Assembly: GCF_002854065.1 (NCBI RefSeq) | Contig: NZ_CP024147.1 | Origin: Escherichia coli | GTDB taxonomy: Bacteria; Pseudomonadota; Gammaproteobacteria; Enterobacterales; Enterobacteriaceae | Direction: 5' to 3' (one strand) | Length of the DNA: 64,000 bases | Shown: one piece after another, positions 27,805 through 50,485 of the stretch | Position numbering within the stretch: position 1 is the stretch's first letter | Layout of the letters: each line of letters begins with the position of its first letter | Position numbers and translations under genes: made by a program | Notes under the pieces: model-generated | Databases searched by the model: none | Seen by the model: only the letters and a program-made list of their open reading frames with translations | What the model was told of the DNA's origin: nothing

Positions 27805-29090
27805 TTCTGCTCGCGTTCGATGGCGCGCCAACCGATATCTTTCCGGCAGAAGCAATCATCCCAGTGGATATCGGTCATTAAGGCGTAGGCGCGTTTCTGC
27901 GCTTCTGCCACGGTATGACCCAGCGCGGTGACGCACAGTACGCGCCCGCCGCTGGTTACCACCTGCTCGTCATCCGCCAGTTTCGTGCCCGCGTGGAACA
28001 CTTTGCCGTCAGCCACTTCTTCCAGCGGCAGGCCGTGGATCACATCGCCGGTGCGGTAATCGCCCGGATATCCACCCGCAGCCATCACCACGCCGAGAGA
28101 AGCACGTTCATCCCACTCTGACGTTTTCTCGTCCAGTTTGCCTTCACAGGCCGCCAGGCAGAGCTCAACCAGATCGGACTTCATGCGCAGCATAATCGGC
28201 TGGGTTTCCGGATCGCCAAAGCGGCAGTTAAATTCAATAACCTTCGGATTGCCCTGTTTGTCGATCATCAGGCCCGCGTAGAGAAAACCGGTGTAGGTGT
28301 TGCCTTCCGCCGCCATGCCTTTCACGGTTGGCCAGATAATACGTTCCATGGTGCGCTGATGAACTTCATCGGTTACTACCGGCGCGGGGGAGTAAGCGCC
28401 CATCCCGCCCGTGTTTGGTCCGGTATCTTTATCGCCTACGCGTTTGTGATCCTGGCTGGTAGCCATCGGCAGCACATGCTCGCCGTCCACCATCACGATA
28501 AAGCTCGCTTCTTCGCCATCGAGGAACTCTTCGATAACGATGCGATGACCCGCGTCGCCAAAAGCGTTGCCCGCCAGCATATCGTGAACAGCCGCTTCCG
28601 CTTCTTCCAGCGTCATCGCCACGATAACGCCTTTCCCGGCAGCCAGACCGTCCGCTTTAATGACGATTGGCGCGCCTTTCTCACGCAGATACGCCAGCGC
28701 AGGTTCTACCTCGGTGAAGTTCTGGTATTCCGCCGTAGGGATCTTATGGCGGGCCAGGAAATCTTTGGTAAACGCTTTTGAGCCTTCCAGTTGGGCCGCA
28801 CCTGCGGTTGGGCCGAAGATTTTCAGCCCGGCGGCGCGGAAGGTATCGACCACGCCTTTCACCAGCGGCGCTTCCGGGCCGACGATGGTCAGATCAATCT
28901 TTTCGTTTTGTGCGAAATCCAACAGCGCCGGGATATCGGTCACGCCGATAGCAACGTTTTGCAGCGCGGGTTCCAGCGCAGTGCCTGCATTACCCGGAGC
29001 AACAAAAACAGTCTCAACCAGCGGCGACTGGGCCGCTTTCCAGGCCAGCGCGTGCTCGCGCCCGCCGTTACCAATCACTAATACTTTCAT
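27801..29090 (-). CDS. purD: phosphoribosylamine-glycine ligase PurD
   Basis: 429-aa ORF MKVLVIGNGGREHALAWKAAQS, recognised PurD. Confidence 0.96.
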   Translation of the reverse strand: MKVLVIGNGGREHALAWKAAQSPLVETVFVAPGNAGTALEPALQNVAIGVTDIPALLDFAQNEKIDLTIVGPEAPLVKGVVDTFRAAGLKIFGPTAGAAQLEGSKAFTKDFLARHKIPTAEYQNFTEVEPALAYLREKGAPIVIKADGLAAGKGVIVAMTLEEAEAAVHDMLAGNAFGDAGHRIVIEEFLDGEEASFIVMVDGEHVLPMATSQDHKRVGDKDTGPNTGGMGAYSPAPVVTDEVHQRTMERIIWPTVKGMAAEGNTYTGFLYAGLMIDKQGNPKVIEFNCRFGDPETQPIMLRMKSDLVELCLAACEGKLDEKTSEWDERASLGVVMAAGGYPGDYRTGDVIHGLPLEEVADGKVFHAGTKLADDEQVVTSGGRVLCVTALGHTVAEAQKRAYALMTDIHWDDCFCRKDIGWRAIEREQN

Positions 29091-29101
29091 CTATTGCTCC
29101 A

Positions 29102-30691
29102 TTAATGGCGGAAGTGGCGCATGTCGGTGAAGAGCATCGCAATACCGTGCTCGTCGGCGGCGGCAATCACTTCGTCATCACGGATGGAACCGCCTGGCTG
29201 GATTACGCAGGTCACGCCCGCAGCGGCGGCGGCATCAATACCGTCGCGGAACGGGAAGAACGCGTCAGAAGCCATCGAGGAACCTTTCACTTCCAGGCCT
29301 TCATCGGCAGCTTTAATACCGGCGATTTTCGCGGAGTACACGCGGCTCATCTGGCCCGCGCCAATACCGATGGTCATATTGTTTTTGGCATAGACGATAG
29401 CATTGGATTTCACGAACTTCGCCACTTTCCAGCAGAACAGCGCATCACGCAGTTCCTGTTCGGTCGGCTGACGTTGGGTGACGACGCGCAGTTCTTCCGC
29501 ACCGACCATCCCCAGGTCACGATCCTGAACCAGCAGACCGCCGTTCACGCGTTTGAAATCAAGACCCGGAACACGCTCGCCCCACTGACCGCAGGTCAGA
29601 ACGCGTACGTTCTGCTTGGCGGCGGTGATTGTCAGGGCTTCTTCGCTGGCGGAAGGCGCAATAATCACTTCGACAAACTGACGAGAAATGATGGCCTGTG
29701 CGGTTTCCGCATCCAGCTCGCGGTTAAAGGCAATGATGCCGCCGAATGCGGAGGTCGGGTCGGTTTTGTACGCGCGATCGTAAGCATCAAGAATGGAATT
29801 GCCGATAGCCACGCCGCAAGGGTTGGCGTGCTTCACAATCACACATGCCGGCTCGGCGAACTCTTTCACGCACTCCAGCGCCGCATCGGTATCGGCGATG
29901 TTGTTATAAGAGAGGGCTTTACCCTGAACCTGGGTTGCGGTAGCAACGGAGGCTTCTTTCACATTCTCTTCTATATAGAAGGCAGCCTGCTGGTGGCTGT
30001 TCTCGCCGTAACGCATATCCTGCTTCTTAATGAAGTTCAGGTTCAGCGTGCGTGGGAAGCGACCGGCGGCTTCTTTGCTTTCACCGTGGTAAGCCGGAAC
30101 CATGCTGCCGAAGTAGTTGGCAATCATGCTGTCGTAGGCGGCAGTGTGTTCGAAGGCTTTGATGGCGAGGTCGAAACGGGTTGCAAGCGTCAGCGATCCT
30201 TCGTTGTCATCCATCTCTTTAATAATGGCGTCGTAGTCGCTGCTCTTCACCACGATTGCGACATCTTTATGGTTCTTGGCGGCGGAGCGCACCATCGTTG
30301 GGCCGCCGATATCGATGTTCTCAACCGCATCTTCCAGCGAGCAACCTTCACGGGCCACGGTCTGGGCGAACGGATACAGGTTAACAACCACCATATCGAT
30401 AGGCTGGATCTGATGTTCTTCCATAATGGCATCGTCCTGGCCGCGACGGCCCAGAATGCCACCATGTACTTTCGGATGCAGGGTCTTCACGCGTCCATCC
30501 ATCATCTCCGGGAAACCGGTGTAATCGGAAACTTCGGTTACCGGCAGACCTTTTTCTGCTAACAGACGGGCAGTGCCCCCTGTAGACAGCAGCTCCACAC
30601 CGCGTGCGGAAAGTGCCTGGGCGAATTCGACGATACCGGCTTTGTCAGAAACACTGAGCAGAGCGCGGCGGACTGGACGACGTTGTTGCAT
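29102..30691 (-). CDS. purH: bifunctional AICAR transformylase / IMP cyclohydrolase PurH
   Basis: 529-aa ORF, recognised PurH, upstream of purD in same operon. Confidence 0.96.
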   Translation of the reverse strand: MQQRRPVRRALLSVSDKAGIVEFAQALSARGVELLSTGGTARLLAEKGLPVTEVSDYTGFPEMMDGRVKTLHPKVHGGILGRRGQDDAIMEEHQIQPIDMVVVNLYPFAQTVAREGCSLEDAVENIDIGGPTMVRSAAKNHKDVAIVVKSSDYDAIIKEMDDNEGSLTLATRFDLAIKAFEHTAAYDSMIANYFGSMVPAYHGESKEAAGRFPRTLNLNFIKKQDMRYGENSHQQAAFYIEENVKEASVATATQVQGKALSYNNIADTDAALECVKEFAEPACVIVKHANPCGVAIGNSILDAYDRAYKTDPTSAFGGIIAFNRELDAETAQAIISRQFVEVIIAPSASEEALTITAAKQNVRVLTCGQWGERVPGLDFKRVNGGLLVQDRDLGMVGAEELRVVTQRQPTEQELRDALFCWKVAKFVKSNAIVYAKNNMTIGIGAGQMSRVYSAKIAGIKAADEGLEVKGSSMASDAFFPFRDGIDAAAAAGVTCVIQPGGSIRDDEVIAAADEHGIAMLFTDMRHFRH

Positions 30692-30959
30692 GGTAAATCC
30701 CCTGGATTTGACTATTACAGAGAGCGTTAGCTGAATTTTTCGCGAAAAACTCAGCTAACGCCCCTAACGGGGCATCTTTATTTTTCGCCCGCATTGTAAC
30801 GAAAACGTTTGCGCAACGCTCGCGAATTTTTCTCTTTCAATGGTGATCACAATTTTGACAGTGGTTACCGTGGGAAAAATACAGAAATTACATTGATGAT
30901 TGTGGATAACTCTGTGCGTAAAAAGGTATAAAGCGGGGTTTTGCTGGGGAATGCAGCAG

Positions 30960-31130
30960 TCAGTCATTTTTCTGCAATTTTTCTATTGCGGCCTGCGGAG
31001 AACTCCCTATAATGCGCCTCCATCGACACGGCGGATGTGAATCACTTCACACAAACAGCCGGTTCGGTTGAAGAGAAAAATCCTGAAATTCAGGGTTGAC
31101 TCTGAAAGAGGAAAGCGTAATATACGCCAC
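30960..31130 (+). promoter_or_regulatory. rRNA operon tandem promoters P1 and P2 with AT-rich UP region
   Basis: P1: ...ttctattgcggcctgcggagaactccctataatgcgcc (TATAAT at 31008-31013, AT-rich UP element upstream); P2: ttgactctgaaagaggaaagcgtaatatacgcc (TTGACT 31096, TAATAT 31119). Confidence 0.8.
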
Positions 31131-31162
31131 CTCGCGACAGTGAGCTGAAAGCCGCGTCGCAA

Positions 31163-31175
31163 CTGCTCTTTAACA
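31163..31175 (+). promoter_or_regulatory. boxA antitermination element in rRNA leader
   Basis: tgctctttaacaa matches the rrn boxA consensus. Confidence 0.85.
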
Positions 31176-31307
31176 ATTTATCAGACAATCTGTGTGGGCA
31201 CTCGAAGATACGGATTCTTAACGTCGCAAGACGAAAAATGAATACCAAGTCTCAAGAGTGAACACGTAATTCATTACGAAGTTTAATTCTTTGAGCATCA
31301 AACTTTT

Positions 31308-32849
<1,542 letters not shown>

Positions 32850-32934
32850 CCTTAAAGAAGCGTTCTTTGCAGTGCTCACACAGATTGTCTGATAGAAAGT
32901 GAAAAGCAAGGCGTCTTGCGAAGCAGACTGATAC

Positions 32935-33010
32935 GTCCCCTTCGTCTAGAGGCCCAGGACACCGCCCTTTCACGGCGGTAACAGGGGTTCGAATCCCCTA
33001 GGGGACGCCA
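32935..33010 (+). tRNA. gltV: tRNA-Glu (UUC) in 16S-23S spacer
   Basis: gtccccttcgtctagaggcccaggacaccgccctttcacggcggtaacaggggttcgaatcccctaggggacgcca, 76 nt cloverleaf with anticodon-loop cctttcacgg. Confidence 0.97.
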
Positions 33011-33203
33011 CTTGCTGGTTTGTGAGTGAAAGTCGCCGACCTTAATATCTCAAAACTCATCTTCGGGTGATGTTTGAGATATTTGCTCTTTAAAAATCTG
33101 GATCAAGCTGAAAATTGAAACACTGAACAACGAAAGTTGTTCGTGAGTCTCTCAAATTTTCGCAACACGATGATGAGTCGCAAGAAACATCTTCGGGTTG
33201 TGA

Positions 33204-36107
<2,904 letters not shown>

Positions 36108-36199
36108 CAACGCCGAAGATGTTTTGGCGGATTGAGAGAAGATTTTCAGCCTGATACAGATTAAATCAGAACGCAGAAGCGGTCTGATAAAACAGAATT

Positions 36200-36319
36200 T
36201 GCCTGGCGGCCGTAGCGCGGTGGTCCCACCTGACCCCATGCCGAACTCAGAAGTGAAACGCCGTAGCGCCGATGGTAGTGTGGGGTCTCCCCATGCGAGA
36301 GTAGGGAACTGCCAGGCAT
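36200..36319 (+). rRNA. rrfE: 5S ribosomal RNA
   Basis: TGCCTGGCGGCCGTAGCGCGGTGGTCCCACCTGACCCCATGCCGAACTCAG...GGAACTGCCAGGCAT, 120 nt. Confidence 0.98.
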
Positions 36320-36320
36320 C

Positions 36321-36360
36321 AAATAAAACGAAAGGCCATCCTGACGGATGGCCTTTTTGC
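36321..36360 (+). terminator. rRNA operon terminator
   Basis: aaaggccatcctgacggatggcctttttgcg hairpin plus T-run immediately after 5S. Confidence 0.85.
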
Positions 36361-36433
36361 GTTGGTGCAAAAAAATGCCGGATGCGACGCTGGCGCGTTT
36401 TATCCAGCTTACGCAGGCACGATAGGGGGCAGC

Positions 36434-36877
36434 TTATTCCCCCACATACGCCAGATTCAGCAACGGATACGGTTTCCCCAAATCGTCCACCTCAGAGCGT
36501 CCCGTAACCTTAAAACACACCTTCTTATAGAACCCAACCGCCTGCTCATTTTGCTCATTAACGTTGGTTGTCAGTTCCGGTGCCATCGAGAGCGCATGCT
36601 CCACCAGCATCCGACCCACGCCGCAGCCGCACACATCAGGATCGATAAACAGCGCATCCATATGCTGCCCACTTAACAACATAAACCCAACCGGCTGATC
36701 CCGTTCATTAACCGCGACCCACAACGGTGCTTCCGGCAGAAAGGAACGAACCAGCTCTTCCAGCTCGGCCCGATACTCTGCTGATAAAAAATCGTGGGTG
36801 GCATCGACAGATCGACACCAAATCGCAACGAGTTCCTCCCCTTCCTCATGCCGTGAGCGGCGAATACTAATAACCAT
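36434..36877 (-). CDS. yjaB: GNAT family N-acetyltransferase YjaB
   Basis: 147-aa ORF with GNAT acetyl-CoA-binding motif (VDPDVCGCGVGRMLVEHA); divergent from metA. Confidence 0.88.
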   Translation of the reverse strand: MVISIRRSRHEEGEELVAIWCRSVDATHDFLSAEYRAELEELVRSFLPEAPLWVAVNERDQPVGFMLLSGQHMDALFIDPDVCGCGVGRMLVEHALSMAPELTTNVNEQNEQAVGFYKKVCFKVTGRSEVDDLGKPYPLLNLAYVGE

Positions 36878-36990
36878 TTTCTCTCCTTTTAGTCATTCTT
36901 ATATTCTAACGTAGTCTTTTCCTTGAAACTTTCTCACCTTCAACATGCAGGCTCGACATTGGCAAATTTTCTGGTTATCTTCAGCTATCT

Positions 36991-37022
36991 GGATGTCTAA
37001 ACGTATAAGCGTATGTAGTGAG
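36991..37022 (+). promoter_or_regulatory. tandem MetJ boxes in metA promoter/leader
   Basis: Contiguous 8-bp units ggatgtct aaacgtat aagcgtat gtagtgag resembling the AGACGTCT met-box, just upstream of metA RBS. Confidence 0.6.
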
Positions 37023-37033
37023 GTAATCAGGTT

Positions 37034-37963
37034 ATGCCGATTCGTGTGCCGGACGAGCTACCCGCCGTCAATTTCTTGCGTGAAGAAAACGTCTTTGTGA
37101 TGACAACTTCTCGTGCGTCTGGTCAGGAAATTCGTCCGCTAAAGGTGCTTATCCTTAACCTGATGCCGAAGAAGATCGAAACTGAAAATCAGTTTCTGCG
37201 CCTGCTTTCAAACTCACCTTTGCAGGTCGATATTCAGCTGTTGCGCATCGATGCCCGTGAATCGCGCAACACGCCCGCAGAGCATCTGAACAACTTCTAC
37301 TGTAACTTTGAAGATATTCAGGATCAGAACTTTGACGGTTTGATTGTAACTGGTGCGCCGCTGGGCCTGGTGGAGTTTAATGATGTCGCTTACTGGCCGC
37401 AGATCAAACAGGTGCTGGAGTGGTCGAAAGATCACGTCACCTCGACGCTGTTTGTCTGCTGGGCGGTACAGGCCGCGCTCAATATCCTCTACGGCATTCC
37501 TAAGCAAACTCGCACCGACAAACTCTCTGGCGTTTACGAGCATCATATTCTCCATCCTCATGCGCTTCTGACGCGTGGCTTTGATGATTCATTCCTGGCA
37601 CCACATTCGCGCTATGCTGACTTTCCGGCAGCGTTGATTCGTGATTATACCGATCTGGAAATTCTGGCAGAGACGGAAGAAGGGGATGCATATCTGTTTG
37701 CCAGCAAAGATAAGCGCATTGCCTTTGTGACGGGCCATCCCGAATATGATGCGCAAACGCTGGCGCAGGAATATTTCCGCGATGTGGAAGCCGGACTAAA
37801 ACCGGATGTACCGTATAACTATTTTCCGCACAACGATCCGCAAAACAAACCGCGAGCGAGCTGGCGTAGTCACGGTAATTTGCTATTTACCAACTGGCTC
37901 AACTATTACGTCTACCAGATCACGCCATACGATCTACGGCACATGAATCCAACGCTGGATTAA
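37034..37963 (+). CDS. metA: homoserine O-succinyltransferase
   Basis: 309-aa [48 protein letters not shown], recognised MetA. Confidence 0.96.
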   Translation: MPIRVPDELPAVNFLREENVFVMTTSRASGQEIRPLKVLILNLMPKKIETENQFLRLLSNSPLQVDIQLLRIDARESRNTPAEHLNNFYCNFEDIQDQNFDGLIVTGAPLGLVEFNDVAYWPQIKQVLEWSKDHVTSTLFVCWAVQAALNILYGIPKQTRTDKLSGVYEHHILHPHALLTRGFDDSFLAPHSRYADFPAALIRDYTDLEILAETEEGDAYLFASKDKRIAFVTGHPEYDAQTLAQEYFRDVEAGLKPDVPYNYFPHNDPQNKPRASWRSHGNLLFTNWLNYYVYQITPYDLRHMNPTLD

Positions 37964-38007
37964 TCTTCTGTGATAGTCGATCGTTAAGCGATTCAGCACC
38001 TTACCTC

Positions 38008-38032
38008 AGGCACCTTCGGGTGCCTTTTTTAT
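38008..38032 (+). terminator. rho-independent terminator after metA
   Basis: aggcaccttcgggtgcct hairpin followed by TTTTTTATTT. Confidence 0.8.
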
Positions 38033-38107
38033 TTCCGAAACACACCTCAGTAGGTGAATAAATTTTATTCATATTGTTATCAATAAGTTATCAAGTATTT
38101 TTAATTA

Positions 38108-38140
38108 AAATGGAAATTGTTTTTGATTTTGCATTTTAAA
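38108..38140 (+). promoter_or_regulatory. IclR operator in aceB promoter
   Basis: aaaatggaaattgtttttgattttgcattttaa contains TGGAAAT-N-ATTT half-sites typical of IclR boxes, in AT-rich promoter region upstream of aceB. Confidence 0.6.
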
Positions 38141-38231
38141 TGAGTAGTCTTAGTTGTGCTGAACGAAAAGCGCACAACGATCCTTCGTTCACAGTGGGGA
38201 AGTTTTCGGATCCATGACGAGGAGCTGCACG

Positions 38232-39833
38232 ATGACTGAACAGGTAACAACAACCGATGAACTGGCTTTCACAAGGCCGTATGGCGAGCAGGAGAAGCAA
38301 ATTCTTACTGCCGAAGCGGTAGAATTTCTGACTGAGCTGGTGACGCATTTTACGCCACAACGCAATAAACTTCTGGCAGCGCGCATTCAGCAGCAGCAAG
38401 ATATTGATAACGGAACGTTGCCTGATTTTATTTCGGAAACAGCTTCCATTCGCGATACAGACTGGAAAATTCGTGGTATTCCCGCGGACTTACAAGATCG
38501 TCGAGTCGAGATAACTGGCCCGGTTGAGCGCAAGATGGTGATCAACGCACTGAACGCCAATGTGAAAGTCTTTATGGCCGATTTCGAAGATTCACTGGCA
38601 CCAGACTGGAACAAAGTGATCGACGGGCAAATTAACCTGCGCGATGCGGTTAACGGCACCATCAGTTACACGAATGAAGCAGGCAAAATTTACCAGCTCA
38701 AGCCCAATCCAGCGGTTTTGATTTGTCGGGTACGCGGTCTGCACTTGCCGGAAAAACATGTCACCTGGCGTGGTGAGGCAATCCCCGGTAGCCTGTTTGA
38801 TTTTGCGCTCTATTTCTTCCACAACTATCAGGCACTGTTGGCAAAGGGCAGCGGTCCCTATTTCTATCTGCCGAAAACCCAGTCCTGGCAGGAAGCGGCC
38901 TGGTGGAGAGAAGTCTTCAGCTATGCAGAAGATCGCTTTAATCTGCCGCGCGGCACCATCAAGGCGACGTTGCTGATTGAAACGCTGCCCGCCGTGTTCC
39001 AGATGGACGAAATCCTTCACGCACTGCGTGACCATATTGTTGGTCTGAACTGCGGTCGTTGGGATTACATCTTCAGCTATATCAAAACGTTGAAAAACTA
39101 TCCCGATCGCGTCCTGCCAGACAGACAGGCAGTGACGATGGATAAACCCTTCCTGAATGCTTACTCACGCCTGTTGATTAAAACCTGCCATAAACGTGGT
39201 GCTTTTGCGATGGGCGGCATGGCGGCGTTTATTCCGAGCAAAGATGAAGAGCGCAATAACCAGGTGCTCAACAAAGTAAAAGCGGATAAATCGCTGGAAG
39301 CCAATAACGGTCACGATGGCACATGGATCGCTCACCCAGGCCTTGCGGACACGGCAATGGCGGTATTCAACGACATTCTCGGCTCCCGTAAAAATCAGCT
39401 TGAAGTGATGCGCGAACAAGACGCGCCGATTACTGCCGATCAGCTGCTGGCACCTTGTGATGGTGAACGCACCGAAGAAGGTATGCGCGCCAACATTCGC
39501 GTGGCTGTGCAGTACATCGAAGCATGGATCTCCGGCAACGGCTGCGTGCCGATTTATGGCCTGATGGAAGATGCGGCGACGGCTGAAATTTCCCGTACCT
39601 CAATCTGGCAGTGGATCCATCATCAAAAAACGTTGAGCAATGGCAAACCGGTGACCAAAGCCTTGTTCCGCCAGATGCTGGGCGAAGAGATGAAAGTCAT
39701 TGCCAGCGAACTGGGCGAAGAACGTTTCTCCCAGGGGCGTTTTGACGATGCCGCACGCTTGATGGAACAGATCACCACTTCCGATGAGTTAATTGATTTC
39801 CTGACCCTGCCAGGCTACCGCCTGTTAGCGTAA
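38232..39833 (+). CDS. aceB: malate synthase A
   Basis: Track ORF 38214..39833; AceB N-terminus [33 protein letters not shown] starts at 38232 (533 aa). Confidence 0.95.
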   Translation: MTEQVTTTDELAFTRPYGEQEKQILTAEAVEFLTELVTHFTPQRNKLLAARIQQQQDIDNGTLPDFISETASIRDTDWKIRGIPADLQDRRVEITGPVERKMVINALNANVKVFMADFEDSLAPDWNKVIDGQINLRDAVNGTISYTNEAGKIYQLKPNPAVLICRVRGLHLPEKHVTWRGEAIPGSLFDFALYFFHNYQALLAKGSGPYFYLPKTQSWQEAAWWREVFSYAEDRFNLPRGTIKATLLIETLPAVFQMDEILHALRDHIVGLNCGRWDYIFSYIKTLKNYPDRVLPDRQAVTMDKPFLNAYSRLLIKTCHKRGAFAMGGMAAFIPSKDEERNNQVLNKVKADKSLEANNGHDGTWIAHPGLADTAMAVFNDILGSRKNQLEVMREQDAPITADQLLAPCDGERTEEGMRANIRVAVQYIEAWISGNGCVPIYGLMEDAATAEISRTSIWQWIHHQKTLSNGKPVTKALFRQMLGEEMKVIASELGEERFSQGRFDDAARLMEQITTSDELIDFLTLPGYRLLA

Positions 39834-39862
39834 ACCACCACATAACTATGGAGCATCTGCAC

Positions 39863-41167
39863 ATGAAAACCCGTACACAACAAATTGAAGAATTACAGAA
39901 AGAGTGGACTCAACCGCGTTGGGAAGGCATTACTCGCCCATACAGCGCGGAAGATGTGGTGAAATTACGCGGTTCAGTCAATCCTGAATGCACGCTGGCG
40001 CAACTGGGCGCGGCGAAAATGTGGCGTCTGCTGCATGGCGAGTCGAAAAAAGGCTACATCAACAGCCTCGGTGCACTGACTGGCGGTCAGGCGCTGCAAC
40101 AGGCGAAAGCGGGTATTGAAGCAGTCTATCTGTCGGGATGGCAGGTAGCGGCGGACGCTAACCTGGCGGCCAGCATGTATCCGGATCAGTCGCTCTACCC
40201 GGCGAACTCGGTGCCAGCGGTGGTGGAGCGGATCAACAACACCTTCCGTCGTGCCGATCAGATCCAATGGTCCGCGGGCATTGAGCCGGGCGATCCGCGC
40301 TATGTCGATTACTTCCTGCCGATCGTTGCCGACGCGGAAGCCGGTTTTGGCGGTGTCCTGAATGCCTTTGAACTGATGAAAGCGATGATTGAAGCCGGTG
40401 CAGCGGCAGTTCACTTCGAAGATCAGCTGGCGTCAGTGAAGAAATGCGGTCACATGGGCGGCAAAGTTTTGGTGCCAACTCAGGAAGCTATTCAGAAACT
40501 GGTCGCGGCGCGTCTGGCAGCTGACGTGACGGGCGTTCCAACCCTGCTGGTTGCACGTACCGATGCTGATGCGGCGGATCTGATTACCTCCGATTGTGAC
40601 CCGTATGACAGCGAATTTATTACCGGCGAGCGTACCAGTGAAGGCTTCTTCCGTACTCATGCGGGCATTGAGCAAGCGATCAGCCGTGGCCTGGCGTATG
40701 CGCCATATGCTGACCTGGTATGGTGTGAAACCTCCACGCCGGATCTGGAACTGGCGCGTCGCTTTGCACAAGCCATCCACGCGAAATATCCGGGCAAACT
40801 GCTGGCTTATAACTGCTCGCCGTCGTTCAACTGGCAGAAAAACCTCGACGACAACACTATTGCCAGCTTCCAGCAGCAGCTGTCGGATATGGGCTACAAG
40901 TTCCAGTTCATCACCCTGGCAGGTATTCACAGCATGTGGTTCAACATGTTTGACCTGGCAAACGCCTATGCCCAAGGCGAGGGTATGAAGCACTATGTTG
41001 AGAAAGTGCAGCAGCCGGAATTTGCCGCCGCGAAAGATGGCTATACCTTCGTATCTCACCAGCAGGAAGTGGGTACAGGTTACTTCGATAAAGTGACGAC
41101 TATTATTCAGGGCGGCACGTCGTCGGTTACCGCACTGACGGGGTCCACTGAAGAATCGCAGTTCTAA
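39863..41167 (+). CDS. aceA: isocitrate lyase
   Basis: [38 protein letters not shown]..., 434 aa, catalytic KKCGH motif present. Confidence 0.96.
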   Translation: MKTRTQQIEELQKEWTQPRWEGITRPYSAEDVVKLRGSVNPECTLAQLGAAKMWRLLHGESKKGYINSLGALTGGQALQQAKAGIEAVYLSGWQVAADANLAASMYPDQSLYPANSVPAVVERINNTFRRADQIQWSAGIEPGDPRYVDYFLPIVADAEAGFGGVLNAFELMKAMIEAGAAAVHFEDQLASVKKCGHMGGKVLVPTQEAIQKLVAARLAADVTGVPTLLVARTDADAADLITSDCDPYDSEFITGERTSEGFFRTHAGIEQAISRGLAYAPYADLVWCETSTPDLELARRFAQAIHAKYPGKLLAYNCSPSFNWQKNLDDNTIASFQQQLSDMGYKFQFITLAGIHSMWFNMFDLANAYAQGEGMKHYVEKVQQPEFAAAKDGYTFVSHQQEVGTGYFDKVTTIIQGGTSSVTALTGSTEESQF

Positions 41168-41184
41168 GCAACCTACAAACGTTG

Positions 41185-41328
41185 CTGACTGTAGGCCGGA
41201 TAAGGCATTTACGCCGCATCCGGCAATCGGTGCACGATGCCTGATGCGACGCTTGCGCGTCTTATCATGCCTACAACCGTTGCCGAACGTAGGCTGGATA
41301 AGGCGTTTACGCCGCATCCGGCAATTCT
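41185..41328. repeat. REP/BIME cluster (three REP units) in aceA-aceK intergenic region
   Basis: Imperfect palindromes gtaggccggataaggcatttacgccgcatccggca / gcctgatgcgacgcttgcgcgtcttatcatgcctac / gtaggctggataaggcgtttacgccgcatccggca. Confidence 0.9.
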
Positions 41329-41350
41329 CTGCTCCTGATGAGGGCGCTAA

Positions 41351-45242
<3,892 letters not shown>

Positions 45243-45558
45243 TTAAATATCTCATTGTTTATTGATGTCTTGAATTTTAACTATCAGAACAGTGAAAAAA
45301 TTTAATATGATAACAAGTAAAGAAATATCATAAATCGCTCAATCTCATAATGCAGCCGTAAAAGTTTCGGTGGAATGAGATCTTGCGATTTTGTTAATAA
45401 TTAAGTGGTTTGATGTTTAAAAATAATGCTGAGTTAATAAAAGTGTGTGAAGTGTATGACAATAAGTTATTTTGGCGTCAATGCGATTAACAGACACCCT
45501 TATTCTATTGCCACTCAGGTATGACGGGCAGAATATTGCCTCTGCCCGCCAGAAAAAG

Positions 45559-46383
45559 TCAGCGCATTCCACCGTACGCCAGCGTCACTTCCTTCGCCGC
45601 TTTAATCACCATCGCGCCAAACTCGGTCACGCGGTCATCGGTAATACGTGAAATCGGTCCGGAAATAGAAATTGCGGCAAACGGTTCACGGTGCTCATCG
45701 AAAATACACGCTGCAAGGCAACGTAGCCCCAGCGCATGTTCCTCATCGTCAAATGAATAACCCCGTTTGCGCGTTTGGGCGAGATCTTCTTTTAAATGCA
45801 CAGGCGACACCAGCGTTGCGTGGGTATAGGCATGTAACCCTTTGCGGTGCAGCAGCTTCGTCACCTGTTCTTCGCTCAGTTGGGCTAAAAAGGCTTTACC
45901 CGCACCGGAAGCGTGCATCGGCAATTTACCGCCGATAGGCGCGGACATTCGCATCAGGTGGGTACACTGTACCTGGTCGATAATAATCGCTTCGTGATCG
46001 CTTTGATCAAGCACCGCCATATTGACCGTTTCGCCAGACTCTTCCATTAGATTGCGCAGGATAGGGTGAACAATTGCTAACAAATTACGGCTCTGGAGAA
46101 AGCTGCTGCCGACCATAAAGGCATGTGCGCCGATTGCCCAGTGTCCCAGTTCGCCAACCTGACGCACGAAACCCTGCTGTTGCATCGTGGTTAGCAGGCG
46201 GTGGGTCGTGGAATTGGGTAACCCGGCTTGTTGCGCCAGCTCTGTGAGTGCCACACTGCCATTGGATTCGGCAATCCACTCCAGTAATTTCAGGCCACGC
46301 GTTAAAGACTGAACCTGTCCAGTCGCTGGTGCGGTGGCAACGGCGGGTTTTCTGCCGCGTTTCGCGGGAATGGGTGCGACCAT
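45559..46383 (-). CDS. iclR: glyoxylate shunt repressor IclR
   Basis: Track ORF 287 aa; IclR sequence MVAPIPAKRGRKPAVATAPATGQVQSLTRGLKLLEWIAES starts at 46383 (274 aa); HTH plus IclR effector domain. Confidence 0.93.
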   Translation of the reverse strand: MVAPIPAKRGRKPAVATAPATGQVQSLTRGLKLLEWIAESNGSVALTELAQQAGLPNSTTHRLLTTMQQQGFVRQVGELGHWAIGAHAFMVGSSFLQSRNLLAIVHPILRNLMEESGETVNMAVLDQSDHEAIIIDQVQCTHLMRMSAPIGGKLPMHASGAGKAFLAQLSEEQVTKLLHRKGLHAYTHATLVSPVHLKEDLAQTRKRGYSFDDEEHALGLRCLAACIFDEHREPFAAISISGPISRITDDRVTEFGAMVIKAAKEVTLAYGGMR

Positions 46384-46406
46384 GACAGTCTCCTTTTTCT
46401 GTATCG

Positions 46407-46421
46407 TGGAAATCATTTTCA
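46407..46421. promoter_or_regulatory. IclR autoregulatory operator
   Basis: tggaaatcattttca, a near-palindromic IclR box about 25 bp upstream of iclR start. Confidence 0.6.
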
Positions 46422-46582
46422 TTTTTATTGTTAGCTAATGCAATAGTTGCTGAACTGATCCGATGAGTTAATGTTGAACAAATCTCATGTTGCGTGGTGG
46501 TCGCTTTTACCACAGATGCGTTTATGCCAGTATGGTTTGTTGAATTTTTATTAAATCTGGGTTGAGCGTGTCGGGAGCAAGT

Positions 46583-50266
<3,684 letters not shown>

Positions 50267-50299
50267 TTCACAAATCTGTCACTTTTCCTTACAACAAAC

Positions 50300-50332
50300 A
50301 GGGCGCTCAATGAGTGCCCTGTCTCTTTATTA
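50300..50332 (+). terminator. candidate terminator after metH
   Basis: agggcgctcaatgagtgccct imperfect hairpin followed by T-rich gtctctttatt. Confidence 0.5.
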
Positions 50333-50485
50333 ATATGAAACACTTATACTGGAAACAGGCTGGAATAATCTTAGCCGGAAAAACGAATGTCAAAAGGCAC
50401 AGTAAAGATGCCAGTCAGCGTGTTTCCGGTCCTTTGGTCATTCAATTGCTTCAGGAACATATAACGATAAGGAGAACCTGAACTC

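Noticed and set aside
41185-41328. Possible CRISPR array or other structured repeat at the REP clusters (41185-41328, 52129-52202, 53018-53120)
   Set aside because: The repeats are imperfect palindromes of the REP/BIME type with variable spacing, not regularly spaced direct repeats with unique spacers, and there are no cas genes in the window.
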